From Mobula hypostoma (Eukaryota), in NCBI RefSeq assembly GCF_963921235.1, contig NC_086111.1, forward strand, positions 29,636,001 through 29,700,000: a stretch of 64,000 bases of DNA, in the 5' to 3' direction. Below, piece by piece: positions 1-14,394 of the stretch. Positions within the stretch are counted from its first letter, which is position 1. The number at the start of each line of letters is the position of its first letter. The notes beneath the pieces were generated by a model. It was given only the letters and a program-made list of their open reading frames with translations. It made no database searches and was not told the origin of the DNA. The translations under genes were made by a program, and so were the position numbers.

Positions 1-522
1 GTACCCCCTGTGCCAAATAAAGTGGCCACTGAGTGTACCTTCATGGTCCTCTGGTGCTGTAGCCCATCCCCCCACTTCAACATTCGGCATTTTGTGCATT
101 CAGAGACGCTCTTCTACACACCACTGTTGTAAAGGGTGGTTATTTGAGTTACAGTCTCTTTCTTGTCAACACGAACCAGTCAGCCATTCTTCTCTGACCT
201 CTCGAACTAACAAAGTATTTTTACCCACAGAACTGCTGCTCACTGATTGTTTTTTGATAATCGCACCACTCTCTATAAACTCTAGAGACTAGCAGTTTCT
301 GAGATACTCAAACCACCCTGTCTGGCACCAGAAATCATTCCAGGGTGAAAGTCACTGAGATTACATTTCTTCCTCATTCTGATGTTCTGTCTGAACAATA
401 ATTGAACCTCTTGATCATGTCTGCATGCTTTTATGCATTGAGTTGCAGTCACATGATTGGTTGATTAGATATTAGCATTTACGAAGTGTGCAGGTGTACT
501 TAATAAAGTAGCTACCAAGTGT
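1..522 (-). mobile_element. Non-autonomous Tc1/mariner-derived element
   Basis: AATAAAGTGGCCACTGAGTGTA-type terminal motif near 17-37 and near 500-522; the body is the reverse complement of the copy at 54620-55072. Confidence 0.6.
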
Positions 523-769
523 ATTTCTGTACTAAAATCATACATTGACAAGCTTCTCTCATTTAATGAAAATACCATTCAGGCCATAACATCCTGTAGT
601 ACAACGGCAGAGGTACTGTAGTTGGTAGTGGGGTACTCCTCTGTAGACTTCATTGTGCAGATTTCACCTCTGAACCCATCCTACAGTTGTACATCTGAAT
701 GTCTTTCAAACAGTTTTCATGGAAGCAGCAAAGAATCTCAAAGTGGAAAGAAATAGACTTTAGACTAAA

Positions 770-2810
770 TGAACAGCTCAAGGAAATGAGCACTGATAAA
801 ACATTAGTTTTGGAGAAATTCATGGGCTAAAAGTTGAGATTCCCCAGGACATGATGATCTGCGTCCTTGTGTTTGTAAGACAGCAGCAATGGAGGTTGTG
901 GACACTATTGTCATATGCCAAAATTCCAGAGATTCTAGAACAGTACCCATAGACTGGAAGTAGCAAATGCAACTCCACTATTTAAAATAGAAAACAAGAA
1001 CTATAATCAAGACATCTGCAGTACTTGTACAGTAACCAATTTTTGAGGAAACATGAAGGAATGGTAGCAATTAGAAGAAAATGGGAAAATTTTGTAATAT
1101 GGATAACTTAAGTATCAAATAAATTAGAAAGCAATGATGGGAAAAGAGACCAATAGTGGAGATGGATTATAAGTCACTGAATAGAAACAAGCTACCACTA
1201 AGAGCAGAGAAGTGTCTAGATTACAGGACACAGCTGGCTGGAGCAGAGATAAATGGAGATTAGAATGTAGTTTAAGTGCTGGACAATTGATGGTGAGATA
1301 AACTAAGTCAGGAGAGGAGGACAAGACCACTTAAATCAGAGTACCCAATTGCAGGGAGAATAGGGGAAACTCCTGTCTGGCAAACGAAGCAAAGTCCTAT
1401 TTGTCAGGTAGCTAGAAGCAACCACTACAAAGATAAAACAAAGATCAAATACTACAAGGAGAAGTGAGTTATTGATAAAATTGTATAATGCAAATACTAT
1501 AAATTGCTGGAAGTCTCTTTAGATCAGTTGCATATCTTTAAACTCTCAAAGTGCATAGGCTGTAACAGACCTGAATAAAACAACTTGTTTGAGAAACTGA
1601 CGATTGCTGTGTACAAGATTTTCACTGTGTGCTGTCCTGATCTGCACTGTAATTAGGAGGGTGACTGTGCCAACGTGAAAGCCAGATTCAGGATGTAGGT
1701 TAAACACACAAATTCCTCCAACACAGTAACAAAGCACTGGAAAATAATAATACAAGTGGATATGAGATTAATGAAAGGGAATTCACGGTTGACAGAGCAA
1801 TTGGAATTTTGGAGGTTTTGCTAAAACAGATAACAAAACACTTCTGTCTTTGGACTCTAGAAGGCCTTTGATAAGGCTCGTGTTAGGAAATATTGACCAA
1901 CATTAGCTCATAAGGTATTCAGGGTACAGAAATAAATTGAGAACTGGACAACAGAAATTAAAAATAGATAGTTCATTTTCAGTTTGTAAGGCTATGACTA
2001 ATTTGCTGATAATACAATGCTGAGAGACAGAGGAAGGTATGAAGAGGATGCAGTAAGCCTTCAGGAAGATTTAGACAAACTAAATAAATAAACAAAAACC
2101 TGGGAAATGAGAGGGCAATCACTTTGATAAAAGAAATAGAAAGGCAGTAACTTTTAAATGTTAAGAGATTAAATGGTGTTGCCATTCCGGTGTTGTCCTT
2201 TTAAATTAATCATTGAAAGTTAACATGCAGTTTCAGCAAGCAATTAGGAAGGCAATTTGTATGTTAGTCTTTATTCTCAAGAGACATCTTGCTTCAATTA
2301 AATACAGACCTTATAACAACAGCACTTAGAATATGGTATATAGATCTGGTCCACCTACTCAAGGAAGGATATTGAGGAAGTGCAGCTGATAGATTCCTGA
2401 GATATGTGTATACACCGTATGCACAAAAACTGGACAAAGTCTATTTTCTCAAATTTAAAAGAATAAGCAGTGATCTTACTGAGAAGTAAAATGATTCTTA
2501 GAGCTTCACAAGTAGAAGTGGAATTAATATTTCATTGACTGGGTTGTTTTAGAAGTTGTGGTCAAATCAGTTTTTCTTTACCAAATGATAATGGATCTCT
2601 GGAGTTCAGTACACAAAAAGATTGTGGAGGCCAAGTCATTAAATATATTCAATATAGATTATAGATTTTTAGATGTAATGGAATTGTGAGTTACGAGTCG
2701 AGTACAGGGAAATAGCACTGAGGAAAAAGACCAACCATGATCCCAGTGAATTGCACAAAAGGCACTCAGACTTGAATGGCTTAGTTGTGCTCCCCTTTTT
2801 GTCCTTATGG
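770..2810 (+). mobile_element. Degenerate CR1 LINE fragments (RT to 3' end)
   Basis: Decayed CR1 motifs (PIDWKVANATPL, KAFDK, KANCMLVF) and a CR1-like 3' tail; an unrelated stretch lies at about 1050-1750. Confidence 0.55.
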
Positions 2811-3234
2811 TAGTTCCTTCTGTTAGAAAGTATGAAGATTCTTGGCTGACCACAGGCACTATTTCACTGTTGATATTACTGAATTGGGTCTCCTTTCATT
2901 TGTAAACACACTCACCACTGTGCCAAAGTATCAGCCACATCCTGTGTTCGACTTTTTAGGAGACGGGTATGAAGTAATGATCTCCAGCAAAGGCAAAGCT
3001 AACTATGCTTGCATATTAATGCCATGCTATATGATGGATCACAGTGATATAGCACAGAACTTAATACTACCAGCACAGCACCTCCACTGGGGGCAGACCA
3101 GTATATGGAAAATCTGAACACTAACTAGACCTCAATAAGCTGATGCTTGTTCTGAATTACTGAGTCACATGGGACCAGTGTTCATAGCTTAAAAAGAATC
3201 AATAAAAGAGCATCTCACCCTAAGTTGAGGCTTA

Positions 3235-3845
3235 TACCATAAGATATAGGAGCAGAATTAGGCCATTTGGCCCACCAGGTCAGCTCTGTTATTTCATCAT
3301 GGCTTATCCATTTTCCCTCTCAACCTCAATCTACTGCCTTCTCCATATATCCTTTCATGTCCTGACTAATCAAGAATCCACCTTAAATATACTCAATGAC
3401 TTGTCCTCCATAGCCAGTTGTGGCAACAAATTCCACAGATTTACCACTCTATGGCTAAATAAATTCCTCATCTCCATTCTGAAAGGATACCCCTCTATTC
3501 TGAGGCTGTATTCTCTGGTCTTAGACCCCCCCCCCCCCGCAACCTTAGGAAACATCCTCTCCACATCCACTCTATCGAGGCCTTTCAAAATTCAAAAGCT
3601 TTCAATGAAGTCACCCCTCATTCTTCTGAATTCCAGTGAGTAGAGGCCCAGAGACATCAAATGCTCATGTGACAAGCCTTTCAATTCCAGAATCGTTTTT
3701 GTGAACCTCCTTTGAACCCTCTCCAATGTCAGCCATCTTTTCTTAGATAAGGGGCCCAAAACTGCTCACAATAATCCAAGTGAGGCCTCACCAGTGCTTT
3801 ATACAGCCTCAACATTACATCCTTGCTTTTATATTCTAGTCCTAC
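3235..3845 (-). mobile_element. CR1 LINE 3' fragment
   Basis: MKGLDRVDVERMFP...FRMEMRNLFSHRVVNLWNLLP is the CR1 ORF2 C-terminus, followed by 3' UTR. Confidence 0.85.
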
Positions 3846-3899
3846 CAAGCCAATGAGATTGACCACAAGTCATCTCTGGGCTGTTTCAAAATTTAAGAA

Positions 3900-4355
3900 T
3901 CAAGATTTTTTTTATTGTCATACTTCAGAACATGAATGAAAAGGAGAACAAAATTATTTTTTTACTCCAGATCTGATGCAGCATAAAAAGCACAATAGGT
4001 AGAAAGAACATAATTAAAAATGATAAATTAAATATAAATCCTATAAGATACGAAGTACAACTGTTCTATACATAGACTGTCTGCATGTACATGAAGGGAT
4101 GTGAGGTGATGTGCAAGTTGTGGTGGTGGGTCAATGGGTAGAGGTGTTGATCAGCATGATAGCTTGGGGAAAATAACTTTTTGAGTCTTGTGTTCCTGGC
4201 ATGGATGCTATGTAGCCTCTTCTCTGATGGGAGTGGGACAAATTGTACATGAGTAGGATGGGTAGGATCCTTCATGATATTGCTGGTCTTTTCTCTGCCA
4301 CATTTCTAGAAACTGTATATAATTAATCCTTAACGGTGGGTAGGCTAGTGCTGGT
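3900..4355 (-). mobile_element. Rex1/Babar-type LINE 3' fragment
   Basis: KDPTHPTHVQFVPLPSEKRLHSIHARNTRLKK resembles the family's HP..F.LLPSGRRYRS C-terminal motif. Confidence 0.7.
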
Positions 4356-4884
4356 GTTGCATTTAGAGCTTCCTCTGCTCTCCACACTCCGAACAGAAGT
4401 TTCAGGATGCGAGAAACCTTTATGATAAATACACAAACACCAAATATTGAAACACTAATGCCTCTCAGCATCTAGGAACCTTAACACAGCTTGTGCTGAT
4501 ATTACCTACACTATAACCTGTAGGCTTGATATGACCTATGACTGTTCTCAGATATTCTGATTGAGGCTCAAGGCTTCAGTGAGTCACTGGCTTACATTTG
4601 CTCTGCTGCCAATGCAACCAGTACAGCCTACAGATAAAGTATTGGGAATGAGTCACTCACAGATTGGGTATGGAAATTAATTTGAATAGAAGATAAAATC
4701 TGGTAAGAATTGAGATTGCAGAAGGGTTTGAGGGGTGACTGAAGCTGCCTTAAAACAACAGCAACAAAATGAATTGGATTAAAATTAATCCCATAAAAGG
4801 ATAAAAATTTAAGGCCCTAAATGCATAAATCTTTCAAGGATTTATCTATCACCTTTTAATTACATCGAATATTATGAAGGAACT

Positions 4885-5105
4885 CACACACACAAAATTA
4901 TGAAGGAACTCATCAAGTCAGGCAGCATCTATAAACAGTCAATGATTTGGGCCAAGACCTGCTCCCTTCATTTACAGCACTGATGAAGGGTCTCAGCCCA
5001 AACTGTTGACTCTTTATTCCTCTCCATAGATGCTACCTAACTTGCTGAGCTCCTCCAGCATTTTGTGTGGGTTTCTCAAGATTTCCAGCACCTGTAGAAT
5101 GTTTT
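4885..5105. mobile_element. Short fold-back Penelope-derived element with degenerate hammerhead
   Basis: Inverted pair of PLE tails; CTGATGAAGGGTCTCAGCCCAAAA near 4980-5003. Confidence 0.6.
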
Positions 5106-5884
5106 GTTTTAATGAACTTGTAAGGTAATTTCAAGTAATTTAATCTTCAAGTGGTCCAGCACAAAAAATTGCGAGTACTCCATTGAAATGCAAGACATCA
5201 AAATTTTAAAGTATGTTTCAAATACTAAAATATCAACAGAGCATATAGTTAAGTAGGTGACATTTACTTTCATTCAACTGATTATCACTCATCTACGAAG
5301 CATGCATAATTATTGAACACTTGACAACTGGAATTAAAATTCACCCACTTTCAATCATTCTGTTGCAGGCCTGTGAAAGTTACTCAGAATGCAGAGCCCT
5401 TCCCTCTTGTATCCGTGGTGCTAAGCATCGTGTATGGTTACAGCCATGATGCGTTATATATTTGAGCTAATTATGAGAGGACTCAAGTACTCAAATCTAC
5501 CTCTAATCATTCATTGCTCGACAGTTACCTACAGAGGTTTCTCTTCCTACTCCTAATCTCCCCTCTAGATTCTTGAAAGAGAATGTCTTTGCTTGCTCCT
5601 GTTTCTCATCTAAACATAGTGACCCAATGAAATCAACCAAAAGCATGTCAGAATCCGCTTGTATGCCAACCTCCAATTCACCAGCAGCTCGCAATTCTTC
5701 TGTTGCCTCTGGGTACTTTTTTAAATTCTCTAATCATAGACTCATCTGCTTTCCAGTCTGTTTGCAAGCTTGACATCTATTTTCACATGTAGCCAAGCTT
5801 CTGAGCCTTCCGAAGCTGATATTCTTAACAATGATTCTCTAATCTCATTATCACCCATCCTTCAACCCCAACGCTCAAACTCTT

Positions 5885-8800
5885 ACTGAACATAAAAGAC
5901 TGCAGTGCAGTGCAAGCCCTACTGCTCCTGATGTGTAACGACTTTATAATCTACGCGAAGATCAATTTAACCTTTCTCTCCCACACAGCTCTACAGATTT
6001 CCTTCATCCATGTGCCTACGAGAGCCCTAAATGTCCCTAATGTATCTACCTCTACCACCACTGCTGGTAGTGTGTTCCACACACACATCTGCAATCCCTC
6101 TATACTTTCCTCCAAAACCTTAAAATTATGCCCCCTTGTACTATGCATTGGCTGTCCAGTCTATTTATAACTTTTATCATCTTACACACCTCCAGTAAAT
6201 CAGCTCTCATCATCCTTCACTCCAGAGAGAAAGAAAAAACCCGAGCCTCGCTTGACCTTTCCTCACTCACAACACGCTGGAGGAACTCAGCAGGTCGGGC
6301 AGCATCCGTGGGAACAATCAGTTGATGTTTCGGGCCAGAATCCTTCATCAGGACTGTAGAGGGAAGGGGCAGAGGCCCTATAAAGAAGGTGGGGGGAGGG
6401 TGGGAAGGAGAAGCTGGTAGGTTCCAGGTGAAAAACCAGTAAGGGGAAAGATAAAGGGATGGGGGAGGGGAAGCAGGGAAGTGATAGGCAGGAAAGGTGA
6501 AGGAGGAATAGGGGAAAACACAATGGGTAGTAGAAGGAGGCCGAACCATGAGGAAGGTGATAGGCAGCTGGGGGAGGGGGCAGACACCACAACAGGGACA
6601 GAGATCCCCTTGTCCTCACCTACCACCCCACCAGCCTCCGGATCCAGCACATTATCCTCCGCAACTTCCCCCACCTTCAACAGGACCCCACCACTAAGCA
6701 CATCTTTCCCTCTCCACCCCTCTCCAGTTTCCGCAGGGATCGATCCCTCCGCGACTCCCTGATCCACATGTCCCTCCCCACGGATCTCCCACCCGGCACT
6801 TATCCCTGTAAGCACAAGTGCTACACCTATCCCTACACCTCCTCTCTTGCCACCATTCAGGGCCCTAAACAGTCCTTCCAGGTGAGGCAACACTTCACTT
6901 GTGAGTCTGTTGGGGTCATCTGTTGCATCCAGTGCTCCCGGTGCAGCCTCCTCTACATCGGTGAAACCCGACGCAGATTGGGGAACCGCTTCGTCGAGCA
7001 CCTCCACTCCGTCCGCCACAACAGACAGGATCTCCTAGTCGCCACCCACTTCAACTCTGCTTCCCATTCAGATATGTCCATACGTGGCCTCCTCTACTGC
7101 CATGATAAGGCTAAACTCAGTTTGGAGGAGCAACACCTCATATACCGTCTGGGTAGTCTCCAGCCCCTTGGTATGAACATAGAATTCTCCAACTTCCAGT
7201 AATTCCCTCCCCCTCCCTTCCTCTATCCCTATGTCACTCTGCCCCCTCCCCCAGCTGCCTATCACCTCCCTCATGGTTCCACCTCCTTCTACTACCCATT
7301 GTGTTTTCCCCTATTCCTTCTTCACCCTTCCTGCCTATCACCTCCCTGCTTCCCCTCCCCCATCCCTTTATCTTTCCCCTTACTGGTTTTTCACCTGGAA
7401 CCTACCAGCCTTCTCCTTCCCACCCTCCCTCCACCTTCTTTATAGGGCCTCTGCCCCTTCCCTCTGCAGTCCTAACGAAGGGTTCCGGCCCGAAACGTCG
7501 ACTGATCATTTCCATGGATGCTGCCCAACCTGCTGAGTTCCTCCAGCGTGTTTTGAGTGTTGCTTTGACCCCAGCATCTGCAGATTATTTTGCGTTAACC
7601 TTTCCTCAACCTTGCAAAGTCTTTCACTTTCCACTTTTCCACATTGAACACCATATGCTACTTCTTGGCCTAACTCTACATCCTATCAACATCGCTATTC
7701 TGAAGTATTCATAACACCGCCAAACTCCATGTCATCCGCAAATTCACTAACCCACCCTTCCACTTCATCGTCCAAGTCATTTATTTAAAAAAAAACACAA
7801 AGAGCAGGGGGTCTCAGAACAGATCCATTTGGAATACCACTGGTCAATGTACTCTAGGCAGAAAACACTCCATCTACAATCACATACTGCCTATAGTGGG
7901 TAAACCAAGTCTGAATCTATGCAGCCAAGTTTCCCTGGATCCCATGCCTCCTGACCTTCTGAATGAGTTTACCATGTGGAACCTTGTCAAATACCTTACT
8001 AAAATCCATATACACCACATCCACTGCTGTGCCTCAATCATTTTGTTTCGTAACTTCAAGACCTCAATCAGGCCCATGAGGCAAAACCTGCTCCTCACAA
8101 AGCCATGTTGATAATCCCTAATCAGATTATGCTTCTTCAAATGCTCATAAATCCTGTCTTTAAGAATTCTCTCCAATAGTTTGCCCACTGATGATGTAAG
8201 ACTCACTGGTTTATAGTTCCAAGGTTCTACCTGCTCTCTTTCTTGAACAAAGGAATAACATTTTCCACCCTTTAATTCTCTGGCACTACTCCTGCGGTCA
8301 GTGAGGATGTAAAGATCACCAAAGGCACAGCAATTTTTTCTTCCCTCATTAACCTGGGGTATATCTCTCCCAGTTCTGGGGACTTCTCAGTCATAAAGTT
8401 TTTCAAAACTTCCAGCGTATCCTCTTTCTTAATGTTGACATATTCCAACATATCAGGCCTGTTCACATTTGTCAAGGTCCCTCGCACTGGTGAATCCTGA
8501 AGCAAAATATTCATTAAGGACTTCCCTTACCTCTGTAACTCCAGGCATATTTCCTCCTTTATCCCTGACTGGACCTACCCTCACTCTAGTCACCTTCTGC
8601 TCTTCCTCTGGCTACCTTGTAACTCTCTGAAGCCCTATCTGACCCTTCCATTCTAATCCTTAAGTATGCTTCTTTCTTCCTCATGACTGGATATTCCACA
8701 TTTGTTGTCAACCATGGTTCCTTCACCCTACCATCTTTTCCCTGCTATAATGGGACAAACATAGCCAGAACCCCAAGCAGGTGTCTTCTAAACAACCTCC

Positions 8801-9030
8801 ACTTCCATTGTGCATGTCTCTGAGGATAGCTGTTCCAAATTTATGCTCTCAAATTACTGTCTAACAGCATCATCATTCATTCTTCCCTAATTAAATACTA
8901 CCCCATATCATCTGTTCTTATCCTTGTCCAAGGCTATGGTAAAGGTCAGGGAGTTGTGGTCACTGTCTCCAAAATGTTCACTCACGAAGAGACCTGTTAT
9001 CTAACCAGGTTCATTGCCTAGTACCACACC
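5885..9030 (-). mobile_element. Decayed CR1 LINE, interrupted by a Penelope insertion at 6266-7597
   Basis: ORFs SLTSSVGKLLERILKDRIYEHL...QHGFVRSR, KSPELGEIYPR and TRGHNFKV...WNTLPAVVVEVDTLGTF. Confidence 0.8.
6266..7597 (+). mobile_element. Penelope-like element (inverted tail + GIY-YIG endonuclease + tail)
   Basis: GIY-YIG ORF 6768-7202 (GVICCIQCSRCSLLYIGETRRRLGNRFVEH); 6266-6582 is the reverse complement of about 7240-7557; TSD ACCTTTCCTCA at 6255-6265 and 7598-7608. Confidence 0.92.
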
Positions 9031-10499
9031 ACCGAACCGGGATCCATTCTCATCATTGGACAAATAAAAAAAACCTGAGAAAAAGCTTAAACTACTAGCT
9101 TCTTCCTCACCTCACTGAAGCCTCTCGAGCCAAGGCCTCATTTCCCAAATCTAACCTTGTTCCATATCTCTGCACCAAGTCCAAATCATTTTTTATTTTG
9201 GCACTACATGAGTTTGTGGTAAAATCTAATCCTGGATTTTATACTCAGCCATGGCTTTCCCTTTACCTGATTGTGTACCCTCTTCCAATACCACAGAATC
9301 TCGTTTTAGTGATTATTAATTTCTGACATATTACATTTTCCTGGATTGCAGACCCTGCATCTAGCCTGTTGGTTCCTATTGAAGATACTTTGTCAGAACT
9401 GTAACCATTGTGGAAAGGTGGAAAATGAAGGCTTTCACAAAGCAAGATGTTGCTTTGTATTTTTGATCTTCAGTGACATTGAAGAACACGCTACTTTACC
9501 TCCCTGTTCAAACGGGAATTGCAATGAAACATACAGTAACTTCTAAGAACTTCACCAAAACTACTCTTATCGATTTCTACATTCAATCAACTTCTTAGGA
9601 ATGGGGCCAGAAAACTAAGCCATATCTCTTGCTGTGAATTACAACATTACTTATACGATTCCAGGGAATGGAAATCAATTGCTTCAACATAAAGTCTTTA
9701 CTCCTTTATCATTATTTTTCAGATATAGACCTCTGGAAATCTACATGCAACAGCCTCTTGATCATAATCTGTTACATAAAACAGTGAGTGGGGAAGAGAG
9801 AGAAAAAAACAGGCATTGTTACTACAAAAAGGCACAGCTGCCATAGCAACGTATCTTGACAATGTTACTTGAAGTATTAAAAAGAAAGGCTTGTCGAATA
9901 CTTTCCATATTGACACTGAATAAAAATCTACAAATGCTGAACATGAACTCAGCAGGATCCACAGCATCTGGGGCTTGTGAAAATAGATAATGATGAAATT
10001 GTTAGATATTTCCATCCTTTTTTAGTTTCCCTTCCAAATTTGTGTATTTTCTTGGCAATTTAGGGAGCTTTACAACATATGCCCCATCAATGAATCTGAA
10101 TGTCATTGACCTGAATTTTGTAGCTAGATCTTGAAATCAGTGAGCACAATGCATTTCATAGTTTATCATAAACATATTTTAATTTAGTGAATATGAGTTC
10201 TGTTCTTTCAAGTCTGATCTTAACTAAAATGCCTTCTACCCATCCTTTAAAATAACTTTTAAGTATTGGCTCAGTATACAACAAATCAGAGTATTTTTTC
10301 ATGTTTTGTTTTCTTACTCAAAAGACAGCCATTTAGCTTATCATGTCCTCTCACATCAATACTGTTCCCCTACTTATTTCCTTTTCACCTAGCCTCTTGA
10401 ACATGTCAATCAACATCTCAAACATCTTCCCCACCTTGCCCTGATTCTCCTCTCACTCAGCCATACTATGGATGAATTCTTGTGGTCTATTTATATATA

Positions 10500-10655
10500 T
10501 ATATATATGCGTTAGAATGTGATTGGACACTAGAACACCTGGGAGAAACTCACACTGTCACAAGCAGAATATGCTAACTTTTTGCAGAGAGCACCCACGG
10601 TCAGATTTGTCATCAAAGCAGCAGCACTACCTACTGCATCACTGTGCTGCCTCAT
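10500..10655 (-). mobile_element. Degenerate V-SINE/HE1-like SINE next to a (TA)n tract
   Basis: GAACACCTGGGAGAAACTCACACTGTCACA...AAACT V-domain-like motif. Confidence 0.45.
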
Positions 10656-11176
10656 ATCACTAACTGACTCATTTAAAATGTTATGATTTAATGCAGAGAT
10701 GAAGATGGTAGAATAACAGAACACTCTACTCCACGATATAATTTATCAGACACACTGCTACACAATATGTGATTGCATGTAGCCTTATTCATTGGCAACA
10801 GTGGAAGTAATATTGTTGAAGGATTTACTCCGAGTTACCGTAAAATAATTTTGTCACCAATCACTGTGAGAGACTTTACTCTGTCAGGGAACAGAAATAA
10901 AAAGACAGACCTCAGTATACTGTTAACCACTTGATTACATGGAGCCGTTGCCTTACGACTCCGACAATGTCAGGTTTCATCACAGATTTATACAGTAAAT
11001 TTTGGGCAATACGCAATATCTAAACATACTTGGTCAGCGATTTCCAAAGAACTTGTTAGCTATCTAAAGTTTACTAACATTCCTGCACGATGCACAAAAT
11101 TAGAGATTCGTGCCTACAGTTAGTTCTTCTATTTGCTACTTGCTAGACAATCTTTGGAAAAGGTTAACAATATGTT

Positions 11177-14100
11177 GGTTGATAAAATTAAAGAAGTCGA
11201 TAAAAAATATGCTATTCCTCCCAGTAAGGAGCTGTACAAACACAGAGTTGAACTTCAATTGGAACATAGCTTATTATTAACATCCTCGATTGAAAATCAA
11301 TTAATGAGAACCAGAAGTGATTTTTATATTCATAGCGATAAATCAGGTAAATTACTGGCTAACCAATTGAAATTTGATTCGGCTAAACGTCAAATTACTA
11401 AGATTCGTAAACAGGATGATACTTTCACAGTTGATCATGTTGGGATAAACCAAACCTTTCAAGAATTTTATACCTCTTTATATCACTCTGATTTTCCTCA
11501 TGATTCTAATTTCATGCATGATTTTTTAAGTAAATTGAGTTTTCCGAAACTATCACCCAAAGATTTCCTATCATTAGAAACTTCCATTTCAGAGGAAGAA
11601 ATAATAACTGCAATCTCATCATTGAATTCCGGTAAAGCACCCGGTCCGGATGGGTTTACAGTGGAATTTTTAAAATTTTTTTCCTCCATTCTTTCTTCTA
11701 AGTTGTCTAGAATATTCAAGGAAGCAATCAGCTTAGGTAAATTACCACAATCGTTTTATGAAGCCTCTATTTCCTTAATTCTTAAAAAGAATAAAGATCC
11801 TACTGATTGTGCATCATACAGACCAATATCTCTTCTGAATGTAGACTCTAAAATTTTTTCAAAAATTCTAGCAACTAGACTGGAGAAGGTGTTACCTCAA
11901 ATTATATCTATGGATCAAACCAGATTTATTAAAAATCGCTATTCATCCTTTAATATTAGGAGGTTAATGAATATTGTTTATACCCCCTCATTTACTACCC
12001 TGGAATGTATTATCTCATTAGATGCCGAGAAAGCCTTTGACAGAGTTGAATGGCCTTATTTATTTAATGTTCTTGAGAAATTTAATTTTAATTTGACATT
12101 TATATCTTGGATTAAATAGTTATATTACTCCCCGGTAGCCTCGCTTTGTACAAATAATTATAGATCTCCTTTTTTTCCTCTTTTTCGTGGTACTAGGCAA
12201 GGTTGCCCTCTTAGTCCTTTACTATTTAATATTGCTCTTGAACCTTTAGCAATTGCTATTCGTGACTCGCCAAATATTGTTGGTATTACCCGTGGAAATG
12301 AAATACATAAATTATCATTATATGAAGATGATTTGTTGTTATACATCTCTAACCCGGAGAAGTCAATTCCTGCTATCCTAGATCTGTTAGCTCAATTTAG
12401 TAACTTCTCTGGTTACAAATTGAATCTTAGTAAGAGTGAATTATTCCCTTTAAATAAGCATGTACCTATTTATGGACGTTTACCATTTAAATTGGTTACT
12501 GATTCATTTATATATTTAGGGATAACAATTACGAAAAAGTATAAAGATTTATTTAAAGCTAATTTTTTACCTTTAATTGATCAGATTAAACTTTTATTTA
12601 CCAAATGGTCCCCAATCTCTTTGTCTTTGATTGGTCAGATTAATGCTATTAAGATGATCATTTTGCCTAAATTTTGTATATATTCCAATTGGTTCCAATT
12701 TATATCCCAAAATCTTTTTTTGATAACGTAGATTCAAAAATTTCCTCTTATATTTGGCAGAATAAAAATCCTAGGTTAGGTAAAAGGTATCTACAGAAAT
12801 CTAAAAAGGGGGGCGGCTCACCCTCCCGAATTTTAGATTCTATTATTGGGCAATTAATATTCGATATTTAAAATTTTGGTTACAAGATTTGGACGCATCT
12901 TTAAACCCTCATTGGGTAAATCTTGAATCTAACTCATTACAAGGGTTCTCCTTGGGTTCGGTTTTAGGAACTTTACTTCCTTTTACTTCTTTTAAATCAT
13001 ATAAACAAATGAACAACCCAATAGTTAAGCATACTTTACGTATATGGTTTCAATTTCAAAGATTTTTTGGGTTTAATCAATTTATTCTAGCAAGTCCTAT
13101 TATATCAAATTTTCTTTTTCAACCTTCTACGATGGATCAAGCTTACTTTGATTGGAAAACCAAAGGTATAATATCTTTTCGCGATTTATTCTTGGATAAC
13201 TGTTTTATGTCTTTTGATCAACTCTCTAATAAATATAACTTACCCAGATCTCACTTTTTTAGACATCTACAGATTAGAAACTTTTTAATTACTGTCTCTC
13301 CTAATTTTCCACATCCATATCCAATGGACACTTTGGAAAAAAGCTTAGATTTAAATCTCTCTCAGAAAAGTGTAGTAGCAATTATATATAATTATGAATC
13401 TATGTCCTGATGCTTCTAATAAAATTAAAGCTGACTGGGAAAGAGAACTTGAGATTAACATACCGACTGAAAAATGGGAAAAAAATTCTTCAGTTGGTGA
13501 ATTCATCCTCTGTATGTGCTAAGCATAGGTTGATACAGTTTAAAGTAGTGCACAGGGCTCACATGTCCAAAGATAAACTATCTCGTTATTACTCTTATAC
13601 TAATCCAATATGTGACAGATGCCATTCCGAGATAGCTTCTCTAACTCACATGTTCTGGTCATGTCCCTTGTTAGAGAAATATTGGAAAGATATTTTCGAT
13701 ATTATTTCAACGGTCCTAAATATAGACTTACAACCTCACCCAATTACTGCTATCTTTGGACTACCAATGATAGACTTAAATAATTTAACCTCTTCATCAC
13801 GAAGGATGATTGCATTTCTTACTTTAATAGCTAGAAAGTCCATTTTGTTGAATTGGAAAGAGATCAACCCTCCTACTGTATTTCATTGGTTTTCACAAAC
13901 TATGGTGTGTTTGAATTTGGAGAAAATTAGAAGTGCAGTTTATGACCCTTCTATTAAGTTTGAAAAAACTTGGAGGCCATTCATTCAGCATTTTCATTTG
14001 ATGTAATTTGATCATTTCCAAACTTGTTTTATCTCCCTGTACTGTTGTTGGAGGGGATTGGAGTCGTCGACACTGAGGTTTTCTTCTTTTCCATTTATAA

Positions 14101-14394
14101 GTTGTTAGTTTTGCCCAAGTCTTTTAGCTTAGTTGATTAATTTTGTTTTTCTTTGGGGATGGGTTTTTTTTTTGTTTTGTTTTTTTTTTCTTTTTCATTT
14201 TTTTTCCCCAGTTTTTTTAAAATTTTGTATTATCCGTGGTTAGTTCTACATGTTTGGGAGCTTTGTTAATTTCCACTACTTGGTTTTGCAATTAATTTTT
14301 TTAAGTGTAACATTACATCTCCTTCTATTTGTATTATGGCTATGTTCTGTTTCTGTATTTTGAAATTAATAAAAAGATTGAAAAAGAAAGAAAG
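11177..14394 (+). mobile_element. 5'-truncated L1-clade LINE, ORF2 pseudogene
   Basis: KAPGPDGF, YRPISLLNVD, SLDAEKAFD, RGTRQGCPLSP, C-terminal CCHC (CDRC...HMFWSC); several frameshifts and stops; AATAAA plus A-rich tail; 11-bp TSD AACAATATGTT at 11166-11176 and 14395-14405. Confidence 0.95.

Noticed and set aside
5560-5830. Possible RTE-clade LINE remnant on the minus strand
   Set aside because: Only faint motif resemblance (SEAW, LGHYV); not supportable without alignment.
6378-7019. 213-aa minus-strand ORF and other P/S/L-rich ORFs (7231-7714, 30691-31144, 43392-43693, 45344-45662)
   Set aside because: Antisense or off-frame readings of Penelope sequence and CT-rich tails.
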